A stretch of 64,000 nt of DNA from an uncultured delta proteobacterium. GTDB taxonomy: Bacteria; Desulfobacterota; Binatia; Binatales; Binataceae. The position numbers and the translations under genes are program-made. Below, one piece after another: positions 37,547 to 47,285 of this stretch. The notes under the pieces are model-generated. The model was not told the origin of the DNA. It did not search any database and was given only the letters and a program-made list of their open reading frames with translations. The stretch lies in assembly GCA_963794325.1 (NCBI GenBank), contig CAWCDG010000004.1, forward strand, positions 1,408,001-1,472,000. Reading direction: 5' to 3'. The first letter of the stretch is position 1, and every line of letters starts with the position of its first letter.

Positions 37547-38548
37547 GTGGGTCGATGCTCAACCATCAAGGCGCTCATCATCGGCGCATCCGGGCACCTA
37601 GGCAACGCTATCGTTCGCGAGTGCCTGGACAGGAGCTACAGGATTACTGCGTGCGGCCGCCGGAGTGTTCCTGCGGCCAACCTGTCCGATCTGCCGATCC
37701 GCTACCTATCGGGAGATAGCGTGACGCCGGGACAACTTGACAAATGGATAGCCGGGCACGACCTGGTCGTAGATGCGGCAGCCCCTTACCCCCTTAGCGT
37801 GTTTTCTCCTGTGAGCGAAGCCGGCAAGGATCCGATTGCGCACGCCGAGCGAAGAACACGGCTGCTGCTTGACGCCGTTTGGAGGCATAAGTCGCGGCTG
37901 GTTTACGTCGGTTCGTTCGTTACCCTTGTCAAACCTCGTACGAGTGTTCAGCGTTTCCAGCATGAGATGATGCGGCTCGCGCATCCCTACTTCGAGGTGA
38001 AGGAGCTGATTGAATCGCAAATGCTCGAGGCGAGTCGGCGCGGACTTCCGGTCGTCATCGCGAACCCTACGTACTGCCTCGGGCCGTGGGACTTGCACGA
38101 CCGGCGACTATGCACGATCCCACTACTGCTGCGCGGAGAGATACCTTCTTCCATCACCCAGATGCTGAACGTGATCGATGTTCGCGACGTCGCCGCAGGG
38201 ATCGGCGCTGCTATAGATGCCGAATACTACGGCAAACCGATACAGATGAGCGGTCACGACATCTCTACACAGGAATTGTATTCACTGATTTGCGAACTTG
38301 GCGGTGTGCCGCGACCGAGGATATCCACGGCGGCATCGCTAGCGCTCGCCGGCGCCTACGCCATGGAATTGACGTTGGGCGCGATAGGAGAGACAACCCT
38401 GCTGCCGGCCGGAGGAATGATGATGGCCGCTATGTTTGATTACATGGGAGTCGGCAAAGAGTTGCAGGAACTGGGTATCACTCCGAGGCTCCTCTCTGAA
38501 ACCGTCGTTGATGCTATCAAATGGTATCGTCAGATTGGCTATTGCTGA
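37547..38548 (+). CDS. Extended SDR NAD-dependent epimerase/reductase (HpnA/DFR-like)
   Basis: GASGHLG, YFEVK (YxxxK), NPTYCLGPWD, DVRDVA. Confidence 0.85.
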   Translation: MGRCSTIKALIIGASGHLGNAIVRECLDRSYRITACGRRSVPAANLSDLPIRYLSGDSVTPGQLDKWIAGHDLVVDAAAPYPLSVFSPVSEAGKDPIAHAERRTRLLLDAVWRHKSRLVYVGSFVTLVKPRTSVQRFQHEMMRLAHPYFEVKELIESQMLEASRRGLPVVIANPTYCLGPWDLHDRRLCTIPLLLRGEIPSSITQMLNVIDVRDVAAGIGAAIDAEYYGKPIQMSGHDISTQELYSLICELGGVPRPRISTAASLALAGAYAMELTLGAIGETTLLPAGGMMMAAMFDYMGVGKELQELGITPRLLSETVVDAIKWYRQIGYC

Positions 38549-38564
38549 TGCCGTAAGATTCTCA

Positions 38565-40895
38565 CTAGGGCATCCTCTTCTTTCGTTTCAGTGCAATCAC
38601 TCTTCGCGCGGCTCCTTTTCGGATGCGTCCGATACTGCTATCAAAAGCCGGGACGCGCTGCCAACGGGTCCCTACACGCGAGCACATCTCAAGGCCCGTA
38701 TCGCCAACCATCGCGCCGGATATCCAGAACGGATCGACCGGCTTCAAGGTATACATCGGGTATGGCCCGGTGCTATCGCAGTCTTCAGGTATCAATCCGA
38801 GTGTTTCGACAATCGGGAACGTTGGATAGTCGAAGACCCTGACTGCCAGCGGCGGTAGCGCACCCGTTGCCGGACTTCCCGCGTGGTCTTTGAGTCCTGT
38901 GAATTGGCGAAGGAGCGCTACGAGCGCCTGGTAATTTGCCAGCGCACAGTCTTTTGCATCCATGACTTGCTTTAGTGAGATGCTGTGAAATTCATTGCCG
39001 GTAAGGAAGTGTTCCAGGCCGAGTTGCTTAAGGTATGTTGCGATTGAACCGCGAGATCCCGATCCCGGCGCGGAAAGGATTTCCAGCACCGTCATATCCT
39101 TTGCTTCCTGGCTCTTACCAAGCTCCGGAAAAAGCTGGGTACTCACCGCCAAGAGCGGTTCCGGTTCGCGGTGAGCTGTGGGAGGGACGAGCCAGGCAAT
39201 ATCTGGATTAGATAGGTTCGACTTGAGAGACAATTGCCCGAATACCTCGTACGACGTCACCGTATTCCAGTCAGTACCCGCGAATATGTATAGTGGAATC
39301 AGCGCGGGACTCTTGACGCCAGGAATGCGCTTGTCCCACCATACCACCGGCACCGCAAACGTCAGCTCGCGATCGGAGTACTTAGTGTCTCGATCGCCGG
39401 CCGCAGTCATTTGATCGAAATTGGCACCTATAAGACAAACTACCGCGTGTGTTCCACTCTTGTCTTCGAGCTGTCCGGCCACCTCGAATTTGAAGAAATC
39501 GTTTTCCAGGTACCTATCGAGCATGTCTTGCAAACCACGCTTTTCAGCTTTGAGAGGCATCACTCGAAGTGTTATCTGCGGGAAGTGATAAGGGCCGCTC
39601 ACCTCCTCGCCCGCGCCGCTTCCCAGGTTGAGATAGGCAATCTCTCTTCGCGGCATTTGTTTTGGAGTATCGCCGGTATTCCATTTGGTGGTATTCGTAC
39701 GCCAGCATTGCGAATCCGCCAGCCCATAACCGAGATCCATCTTTAGCCAGAAAGGCATCATAGGGCGCACCGTCGATGCAGGTTTGCCGCCAACGCTGGA
39801 ATGTTCCGACGTCTCTATTCCTAACGTCCGCACGATAGGCTGAACCGCGGTGTCGCGAAGGTTGACGTAGATTCCGCCAGATGGGTCTCCCGAAATTGGA
39901 TCGAACAGAGAGCCACCATCGATGGTTCTTTCGATTTGCATCTTCGATCCGACGATTGCCTGAAAACAGGCAGCCGACGAACTGTGCACACCACGGATTT
40001 GCTTCATGGTGATGACGCTCATGGGAGCAATCAGAGAACCCTGAATCGAGGTCTGCTGCGATTGTACGTCTTCGGGCGGTGCACGAAACGAAGTAGGGGC
40101 CACCGACGTCGATAGTCCGTAAAAGCGCGACAACATCTCCTGCAGTGACTTTATGTCGCGATCGGAATAGCCGATTGGGAAGAAGCCCGCGGTCTCGAAA
40201 ATGCTAATAGCCGCCGTTACTGAACTTGCTATTGCCCGCGGAATAGCGGTGAACAAATCGGTAACGGCGGAGCTGGCCGACATGAAGGGCCTGCGTTGAA
40301 AGATTTGCAGGAACTCCTCGGCGCCTGACTGTTCGCCATAGTTAGTGCCTGAGGTAACGAGGCTGATGCTGGCCAGGCGCCGTGCATTGCCAGCCTCGAA
40401 GATTGCCGGACTAACATCGATCTTGATTCCGGACTTGGACCATCCGTAGATCTTGCGACCACCGGACATAGAGAGTGGGTTGTCCACGAAGATAAATGGA
40501 AACACCATTGCCCAATCGGCGAATACCCAGTTCCTTTTCTCTTTCTTATAGCATCGAATCGGGACGCCAAATGCCAGCTCATGCTGCGAGAACCATCCTA
40601 CGTTCCTCGACGAAACAGCCATCTGCCCGTAGTCGACAACTTGCATCAAGACCCACGGCACGGCGGGCTTGAAGTAGAGAGGCAGCTCTTCGTCCAGGTT
40701 GAGATAGTTGTCACAAAATTCCTGGAGCCGATCCATGCTGGCCTTCAGAGGAAAAATCTGCGTCACTACATCGCTGTATTTCTGTTCGAGATGAGCCGGT
40801 AGAGCTAGAAACTCGCCGAGGGCATGATTGAATTTAGGTAGAGCCGCAGTTCTGCTTATTCGAGGCGGCTGAGTCTTCTTCTTGGCCATGGACAT
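38565..40895 (-). CDS. Protein with two tandem acetoacetate-decarboxylase-fold domains
   Basis: Internal duplication (PLKA..LQ...D.YL; ELxF.VP; P..F; ..G; MKQ/LKQ..A.F/YQA); GRKIYGWSK motif in domain 1. Confidence 0.7.
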   Translation of the reverse strand: MSMAKKKTQPPRISRTAALPKFNHALGEFLALPAHLEQKYSDVVTQIFPLKASMDRLQEFCDNYLNLDEELPLYFKPAVPWVLMQVVDYGQMAVSSRNVGWFSQHELAFGVPIRCYKKEKRNWVFADWAMVFPFIFVDNPLSMSGGRKIYGWSKSGIKIDVSPAIFEAGNARRLASISLVTSGTNYGEQSGAEEFLQIFQRRPFMSASSAVTDLFTAIPRAIASSVTAAISIFETAGFFPIGYSDRDIKSLQEMLSRFYGLSTSVAPTSFRAPPEDVQSQQTSIQGSLIAPMSVITMKQIRGVHSSSAACFQAIVGSKMQIERTIDGGSLFDPISGDPSGGIYVNLRDTAVQPIVRTLGIETSEHSSVGGKPASTVRPMMPFWLKMDLGYGLADSQCWRTNTTKWNTGDTPKQMPRREIAYLNLGSGAGEEVSGPYHFPQITLRVMPLKAEKRGLQDMLDRYLENDFFKFEVAGQLEDKSGTHAVVCLIGANFDQMTAAGDRDTKYSDRELTFAVPVVWWDKRIPGVKSPALIPLYIFAGTDWNTVTSYEVFGQLSLKSNLSNPDIAWLVPPTAHREPEPLLAVSTQLFPELGKSQEAKDMTVLEILSAPGSGSRGSIATYLKQLGLEHFLTGNEFHSISLKQVMDAKDCALANYQALVALLRQFTGLKDHAGSPATGALPPLAVRVFDYPTFPIVETLGLIPEDCDSTGPYPMYTLKPVDPFWISGAMVGDTGLEMCSRVGTRWQRVPAFDSSIGRIRKGAARRVIALKRKKRMP

Positions 40896-40952
40896 TCCCC
40901 CGATTTTGTTGCACCTAAAGTCAGCAAAGCGTTGGTTGTTACCTGGGCCTTA

Positions 40953-41667
40953 CTAGTCCGCAATTCGAATACTCAGTGTTCCTCGAGTCTCGCCGGTCTC
41001 GCGATCTACGATTACGCCAGAGTAGGTACCCGGAGGTTGGCTCTCTGGTATTCGAAGACGCAGCTTAACGCGGCCTGCCACTTCGTCAGGTACCAAACTG
41101 ATATCTCTCAAAACCGGTTTCCGGGAATCAACGGCGCTTAGGCCCAGAGCTACAAGGGATTGAGATTCCGAATTCGGACGGAGTTCGACCGATACCTGGA
41201 CGGGTCGGAGCGAGGCTACTTCTATCGATACAGCCATCATTTCGGCGTCGTTTGCATGAGGTCGAGTTGCCGGGTCGGGTGCGTGGCCGTTTTGTGAGGG
41301 ATAAACTTTGACGAGTGTTGATAGTGTTTCGATCCAGAGCGGAAGCATCTCGGCCTGAAAGCGTAGCATCCGCTCGACAAGTACTTGCAGGTTGTCGCCT
41401 GGCGCGATGAGTTGTATAAGGCTGAGTGCTGAAGCCCTCGGCCGCTCGCCGCCCTTCGGCGATGTGCTTTTCGATCACGCTATACGCGAGTTCGACACCT
41501 TCGGCCAGTGGATTTTCACTCCTCGCGACACGACCTGTGTCGGGTGGGACTGGCTTTGCGGGACCGGATCCGTTGGCAGAATCGGATTTGCTATATAGCT
41601 TCGAGAAATTGCGGACCGGTGTAATCCTCGCCGGATCACCGCGATGGAGTCGTTTGCGATCGTTCAT
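40953..41667 (-). pseudogene. Probable single hypothetical gene split by a +1 frameshift near 41410
   Basis: Good RBS/ATG at 41667; frame 1 looks protein-like to ..STQPY, then the +1 frame continues APGDNLQVLVERMLRF..PPGTYSGVIVD..GTLSIRI. Confidence 0.6.
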
Positions 41668-41682
41668 GTTCCCCCGCAGCGT

Positions 41683-43944
41683 TCAAGGATGGTCGAAAGC
41701 CACTATGTCTTCAAGTGCTGGTGAATGTGAAATTGCGTGCGCAGCGAGCCTGCCAGAAATCACGGCCGCTTCGACGCATCCCGCGTCAAGCCCGCAGGTC
41801 GTCCAATCACCCGCTATAGTCAGGTTGTCGTAGGTGTTATCCAATGGCGAGATGCGGTATTTCTGAGTGCCGGGCAGCGAAAGTACGTAACGTTCGGTCG
41901 GGTTCACATTCGCGGTCCAATGTTGAGAGTCAAAACGAGCGTGACTCCCGCGGGAAGATCGACGACCATGTTTTGTCTCTCCAGGAATCATCAGTAGGTC
42001 CCATCTGAATTTGCCGCGCCGACTTACAGCCTTCGGCCAAAGCTGTGCGATGTCATCGTTGAGATAATGAATCGCATTTTTCTGAACCTCATGGCGTCGC
42101 CGCTTCGGGTAGCTAATAGCTGACATCTCTCCAGGCGTTAACGGATCCTTCAGTGCGCTACAGAAGTAAGCTATAGCTTTCGGACTCACCTTCCAACTTT
42201 CTTCGCGGATCAGGTGACTCATATCTGCCCAGGTTTCGAAAGGCTGCACAAACGCCGACAACGCCAGCGGAGGATCCTGCCATCCTAATTGCTCCATATC
42301 TTCGCGAAGCCAGATCTGAAAGGCCTGTGTGTTTACGGTCTTCAGATGCGTTACCATATCGCGCCAGCGCTGATCTCGTTGAATAAGGTCCTGGCACACA
42401 TACGGAACAGCTCCCAGGCCGACGCCCAGAACGACGAAATCAAAATCGTCGGTCACTCGCAAAGTCTTAGTCGCGGCTTTTGTGCGGTCCCAATGCGACT
42501 CGAAGTCTCGATCATCGCGCTTGAATTTGCTTCCGTCGACCAACTGCGAGTAGTCCGGCTTCGACGGCCAGCAGGGCAGTCCCCCAACATCGATCAATGG
42601 CGAGTATTCCTGGCGGTTCCTGACTTGCGCCTGCACGTCGAACTCGAGTGCTTTGACATAGGGGCGCTCCCCTTCCGCAAGCTCTGCAGGATCGGCCAAT
42701 CTTACTTTTTCCAGGCGATGAAAAAATTTGAAAGTTACTCCGCGTTTTTTCAGTACTTCATACATGGGCGCGAAGACTGTATCCCCCATGCCGGCATGCA
42801 TTTTCCAAAAGATCGCGCCGCGCGAGCTGAACAGCATTCGTAGCGCCCCACGAAGTGCAACTCCAGCCCCGTGTCGCGGACGTTGATAGTCTCCGTCTTC
42901 GTAAGCGAAGACGAGATCGTAGGCGCCGCGGATGATAGGTGACTCGAGTGAACGCTCCGACGCACCATTGATTCGGAGCCACTCGCGAAAGTCGTAGTCG
43001 TTGATAGCGTCGAACCCTCGCGGATCCGAAATCAGGCCGAAGCGAAGAATTCCTCGCATCGATGCCATCGCCAAATCCACAGCCTGCCATAGAATCAACA
43101 GTTCAGGATCGTTCTCAACAATTGCTTCGAGTTGACGTCGAGCACTGGCGGCGATTAGTTCGAGGAGTTGCGCGATCCCGTTGTCCGGATAGATAGAACG
43201 CGGTGCAAAGGCCAGCTCGAGCGTTTCGACAGCTTCAATTAGAGCGGTTGTCGTCGCGATCCAGCCCAGCCCCAGAAGACGTGCTATGCGTTTAGGAGGT
43301 TCGTCTGACGGTTCGGCGGTCTTCGAGTTCGACTTATAGGAGTGTCGCGCCTCGGAAGCGTCGCTTTCTGTTCTAGACGAGCTGCGGCTGCTTCGACTCG
43401 CCTGCGCCGCAAGGAGCAGGGTCCGCAAAATGCTGGCCGTGCGGGCGAGATAAGAGGTGACTGTAAAAGGATCGTTCTCGGTGACGGGATCGCCGGGTAG
43501 GCCGTCGCCCGGCGGGAAGTACGACAAGAAATTCCAATAGGTGCCGTTGTTCGATCGCTGGGTCAGCCCGATAAAAGGGGCTGGGGAGAATGCGTCCCGC
43601 CAATCCGCGATTCTGCATTTGCGCCGATCGCGGTTCAATTCTGTGTAACACTCGCGAATCAGCCGAAATGCATTCTCGTAGGAACCCATCCAAAGATGAA
43701 GGCCGTGTTCTTCGATTCGGTTGGCGGGACCGCGGCCCGAAGCGCCCTTGCCGCCAAGACGCCAGCCGAGTTGATAAATTGTTACCTGGTATTTGCCTTT
43801 GTGCTCTGGACGACTCAGTTCGAAGGCGGCCGAAATCGCGGCGCATCCGCCTCCGATGACGGCGACTTTGATCGGCGTCTCTTTGGGCAATTCATTTGTT
43901 CGCACAATCGGATTTCTCGGCAATTGGGTAGCCGAACGAAACAT
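41683..43944 (-). CDS. FAD/NAD-binding oxidoreductase, carotenoid-desaturase (CrtP/HpnE, COG3349)-like
   Basis: VAVIGGG, LGGKGASGR, EHGLHLWMGSY, C-terminal NLTIAGDW..GCVEAAVISGRLAA. Confidence 0.85.
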   Translation of the reverse strand: MFRSATQLPRNPIVRTNELPKETPIKVAVIGGGCAAISAAFELSRPEHKGKYQVTIYQLGWRLGGKGASGRGPANRIEEHGLHLWMGSYENAFRLIRECYTELNRDRRKCRIADWRDAFSPAPFIGLTQRSNNGTYWNFLSYFPPGDGLPGDPVTENDPFTVTSYLARTASILRTLLLAAQASRSSRSSSRTESDASEARHSYKSNSKTAEPSDEPPKRIARLLGLGWIATTTALIEAVETLELAFAPRSIYPDNGIAQLLELIAASARRQLEAIVENDPELLILWQAVDLAMASMRGILRFGLISDPRGFDAINDYDFREWLRINGASERSLESPIIRGAYDLVFAYEDGDYQRPRHGAGVALRGALRMLFSSRGAIFWKMHAGMGDTVFAPMYEVLKKRGVTFKFFHRLEKVRLADPAELAEGERPYVKALEFDVQAQVRNRQEYSPLIDVGGLPCWPSKPDYSQLVDGSKFKRDDRDFESHWDRTKAATKTLRVTDDFDFVVLGVGLGAVPYVCQDLIQRDQRWRDMVTHLKTVNTQAFQIWLREDMEQLGWQDPPLALSAFVQPFETWADMSHLIREESWKVSPKAIAYFCSALKDPLTPGEMSAISYPKRRRHEVQKNAIHYLNDDIAQLWPKAVSRRGKFRWDLLMIPGETKHGRRSSRGSHARFDSQHWTANVNPTERYVLSLPGTQKYRISPLDNTYDNLTIAGDWTTCGLDAGCVEAAVISGRLAAHAISHSPALEDIVAFDHP

Positions 43945-44088
43945 CCAACATAAGCGCGATTAGGTCAACCGCGGATTCTTACTCGCGAAATCCCAGCCGG
44001 CTCAGCCAGAGACCGAACACCAATCCGGTCGGGCCTGCGCCGACGATGAGAACGTCGGTATCGTGATTTGGGGCGTGGAGAGAGAGGT

Positions 44089-44117
44089 GTAGTGGCGGAC
44101 GATTGGTCCGCCACTAC
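44089..44117 (-). terminator. Hairpin downstream of the flp pilin gene
   Basis: GTAGTGGCGGAC-GATTG-GTCCGCCACTAC, perfect 12-bp stem. Confidence 0.65.
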
Positions 44118-44136
44118 GAGGTTTCAGCTGGGTTGC

Positions 44137-44307
44137 TTACAGCTTCCCGTCAACGCTGCTCAGCAGCGTGGTGATCGTCGTACCCATGGTCTGGTAGCCG
44201 GCGAAAACCACCACCGCGACCGCCGCCATGATCAGCGCATACTCGGCCATTGTCTGACCGCGCTGATACTCGCGCACCTTTACGTACGCCCTCGTGATTG
44301 TGCCCAT
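44137..44307 (-). CDS. flp: Flp/Fap type IVb pilin (not in ORF track)
   Basis: MGTITRAYVKVREYQRG|QTMAEYALIMAAVAVVVFAGYQTMG..: Gly cleavage site, E+5/Y+6; AAGGAGG RBS. Confidence 0.9.
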   Translation of the reverse strand: MGTITRAYVKVREYQRGQTMAEYALIMAAVAVVVFAGYQTMGTTITTLLSSVDGKL

Positions 44308-44548
44308 TGCCCGTGTCCTCCTTCTTTTGTTGTCCGGCCTGAATTTGCCACCGTCCCTGTGGTAAGCCCAACAGACAGATTAATATACTCTTTGTAGGCT
44401 TGTGTAAAGCGGCGCGCAAACGACAAATTACCAGTAAATAAACGTTGCCGTGATTTTCTTTGCGAGGTGGCTTGAAAGACAAATGGGCGGGACCAGGGAC
44501 GTGCAGCGGGTGAATCAGTCGTGCGAATGACGGAATAGCCGAGATGCG

Positions 44549-45583
44549 ATGACAACTGAAAACGGCTCAGGCATTGTCTCCACAATCTTGCGCGAATACG
44601 GCAGCCTGACGCGTGCCGCGCTGAAGGAGTACCTGCCCGAACGCGAACCGCGCCGCTATCTGTACGACCTCCTCAACGACTACCCGCAACGCGGCGGCAA
44701 GATGATGCGCCCCGGCTTGTGCATTGCTACCGCGCGGATGTTCGGAGCGCCGATCGAGCAGACGATACGCACCGCGGTTGCGATTGAGCTGCTGCACAAC
44801 GCATTGCTGATTCACGACGATATTGAGGACGGCAGCGAGCAGCGCAGGGGCGCTCCCACCCTTCACGTACTTCACGGTGTGCCGCTCGCGCTCAATGCCG
44901 GTGACATGCTCTCGTTGATGGCGTTCCAGCCGCTGCTCGACAATCGGTCCGTCGTCGGCGACGAGCTCTGTCTTCGAATCATCGAAGAAACCCAGCGGAT
45001 GGCGCGTGAGTGTGCCGAAGGACAGTCGATGGAACTCGGCTGGCGCCAGTACAATGCGACCGAAATCGGCGACCGCGAATATCTGGAGATGGTGCTGAAG
45101 AAGACCTGCTGGCTGGCGACGATTTTCCCGATTCGAGTCGGCGCGATAATCGGCAGCCGCGGGACGGCCGACCTCGAAGCGTTTTTGCGATTCGGATTCT
45201 TCCTGGGCGCGGCCTTCCAGATTCAGGATGACCTGCTCAACCTTGTCGGCGACGAGCGCTACGGAAAAGAGCGCGACGGCGACCTCTGGGAAGGAAAACG
45301 GACCTTGATGCTGATTCAAGTCTTCCGCGAATCGACTCCCGACGAGCGAGAGCGCCTTGGCGCGGCGCTGGCTGGCCCGCGGGCAACGCGTTCCCCATCG
45401 GAAGTCAAATGGATGCGTTCGTTGTTCAAAAAATACGACGCATCAGCTTACGCGCGGAGAATTGCTCAAGAGCTGGCGGGAGCCGCGCTTCACGAGTTTT
45501 CTCTGCTATCCGCCGGGCTTCCCGAATCGCGCGACAAAACTTTTCTCGAACAAATGGCGATCTGGGTTATCGAGCGAAACTGA
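44549..45583 (+). CDS. Polyprenyl (GGPP-type) diphosphate synthase
   Basis: GGKMMRP, LIHDDIED..RRG (FARM), GQSME, KKT, FQIQDD (SARM), DLWEGK. Confidence 0.95.
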   Translation: MTTENGSGIVSTILREYGSLTRAALKEYLPEREPRRYLYDLLNDYPQRGGKMMRPGLCIATARMFGAPIEQTIRTAVAIELLHNALLIHDDIEDGSEQRRGAPTLHVLHGVPLALNAGDMLSLMAFQPLLDNRSVVGDELCLRIIEETQRMARECAEGQSMELGWRQYNATEIGDREYLEMVLKKTCWLATIFPIRVGAIIGSRGTADLEAFLRFGFFLGAAFQIQDDLLNLVGDERYGKERDGDLWEGKRTLMLIQVFRESTPDERERLGAALAGPRATRSPSEVKWMRSLFKKYDASAYARRIAQELAGAALHEFSLLSAGLPESRDKTFLEQMAIWVIERN

Positions 45584-45639
45584 CTCGGTTGCGTCGGTTC
45601 GCTGCCGCGGACTATGAGTCAGCAAGGAGATAGTCCGGC

Positions 45640-46980
45640 ATGTCTTCGGAACCTTTCGATCCGCTCGCTTCGTCCGCGCCGCTCATCGTTTACGTAGACT
45701 ACAAGAGTCCGTACGCGTACCTCGCGATCGATCCGACGTGCGCGTTGGAAGACGAACTCGGCATCGAGATTGATTGGCGACCCTTCACCCTCGACATTCC
45801 GAGCTATCTCGGCTCTGCGCGACTCAGCCACGAGGGCAAGGTGGTCGAGAACGAGCGCACGCCGGGCCAATGGACCAAGGTGAAGTACGCGTATCACGAC
45901 GTGAGACGCTACGGGTCTCTGCGCGGAATCGTCATCCGGGGCGCGACCAAGATGTGGGATTCGTCGCTCGCAGGGATCGGAATGCTATGGGCCAAGGATC
46001 AAGGCAGAGCGGTGCGCCGCGCATACTCGGGCCTGGTGTACGAGCGCTTTTGGAAGCGCGAGCTCAACCTCGAAGACGCCGGAGTTATCGAGCGCGTACT
46101 TCACGAGGCTGGCGCACGGACGGCGGGCTTCCATGATTACGCGTCGGGTGAGGGTCGCACGCTCCACGACAGAATCCAGCGCAGTGCATTCGACGCGGGG
46201 ATCTTCGGAGTACCGACGTACGTGGTTGACGGCGAAGTCTTCTTCGGCCGAGAGCATCTTCCGCGAATTCGATGGATGCTCACTGGGCGCTCTGGCGCGC
46301 CACCCGACATTGCCTACCGCGATTTCCCGGCCGAACGCGCGGCGGTGCACGAAAACGTCAAAGGTCAAATCGCGGTCGTGATCGATTTCAAGAGTCCTCA
46401 AGCCTACCTGGCGATTGGGCCAACCTGCGCGCTCGCCGATGAGCTCGAGATGACTATCGACTGGCAACCGCTGATCGTCCCGCCGTCGAAAACGCCGGCA
46501 TCGCCAGCTGCGGGAGATGACCGCGGCGCGCGCCATCGTCGATTCCGTGCGGATTACCTGGAGCGCGATGTTCATCGCTACGCCAATGATCGCGGTCTTG
46601 TGATTGGCGGCCTTCATCGGCGCACGGATTCAACACTCGCCGCGATCGGACTGTTATGGGCCGGACGCCGGGGTCCGTCGCTCGCGCGGGCATACGTCGA
46701 GCGAGTTTTCGAACGCTATTGGCGAGAGACTCTCGACCTCGAAGACGAACGCTCGATACTAGCCGTGCTGACTGAGATTGAGGCGCCGATTTCCGGATTT
46801 GAAGCATTCGTAAAAGGCGATGGCCGCGCTGAGCTCGCGCGAATTCAAACAGAGCTGCGCGACAAGGAAGTCTTCGAGGTGCCAACCTATCTACTGAACG
46901 ACGATACTTTCCTAGGCCGCCAGCACCTGCCACTCATCCGGTCGATCCTTTCGGCCAGCAGTGCGCAATCACAACGCTGA
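45640..46980 (+). CDS. Tandem DsbA/2-hydroxychromene-2-carboxylate isomerase (kappa-GST-like) protein
   Basis: Two repeats: DYKSPYAYLA..FGVPTY..FFGREHLP and DFKSPQAYLA..FEVPTY..FLGRQHLP. Confidence 0.88.
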   Translation: MSSEPFDPLASSAPLIVYVDYKSPYAYLAIDPTCALEDELGIEIDWRPFTLDIPSYLGSARLSHEGKVVENERTPGQWTKVKYAYHDVRRYGSLRGIVIRGATKMWDSSLAGIGMLWAKDQGRAVRRAYSGLVYERFWKRELNLEDAGVIERVLHEAGARTAGFHDYASGEGRTLHDRIQRSAFDAGIFGVPTYVVDGEVFFGREHLPRIRWMLTGRSGAPPDIAYRDFPAERAAVHENVKGQIAVVIDFKSPQAYLAIGPTCALADELEMTIDWQPLIVPPSKTPASPAAGDDRGARHRRFRADYLERDVHRYANDRGLVIGGLHRRTDSTLAAIGLLWAGRRGPSLARAYVERVFERYWRETLDLEDERSILAVLTEIEAPISGFEAFVKGDGRAELARIQTELRDKEVFEVPTYLLNDDTFLGRQHLPLIRSILSASSAQSQR

Positions 46981-47016
46981 AATGCGGAAGCACCCGGAGC
47001 GTCGATGCCCAAGACC

Positions 47017-47062
47017 TGGAGCCACCCGCGGCATTCGAACCGGCGACCTGCCGATTACGAAT
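47017..47062 (-). repeat. Degenerate copy of the tRNA-Thr 3' half (att site)
   Basis: 43/46 nt identical to 55990..56035 in the same orientation, ending in the anticodon arm. Confidence 0.9.
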
Positions 47063-47285
47063 GAGTCCGAAGGCAGGCTGCTATTGATCACCGCGTAACA
47101 AGATTCGCGTGAAATAAGGAGTTTGTTGGAATCGAGATCCGTGGCGTATCCCGGCAAACGCAGACACCGATCACAGAGCCCGACGATAGGTTCTTATCAT
47201 CAAATCACAGAAGGTCGTTCAACTGACGCGGCTTGCTCGCATTCCCGCAGCGGGCGCAAGCGGCGCTACGGCCGGCCGATGATAA

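Noticed and set aside
44068-44585. ORF-track entries around 44.1-44.6 kb
   Set aside because: No family features; the real gene is the 56-aa Flp pilin in another frame.
37547-45583. Calling the cluster carotenoid or hopanoid (crt/hpn) biosynthesis
   Set aside because: No CrtB/HpnCD synthase or Shc cyclase is present; gene symbols withheld.
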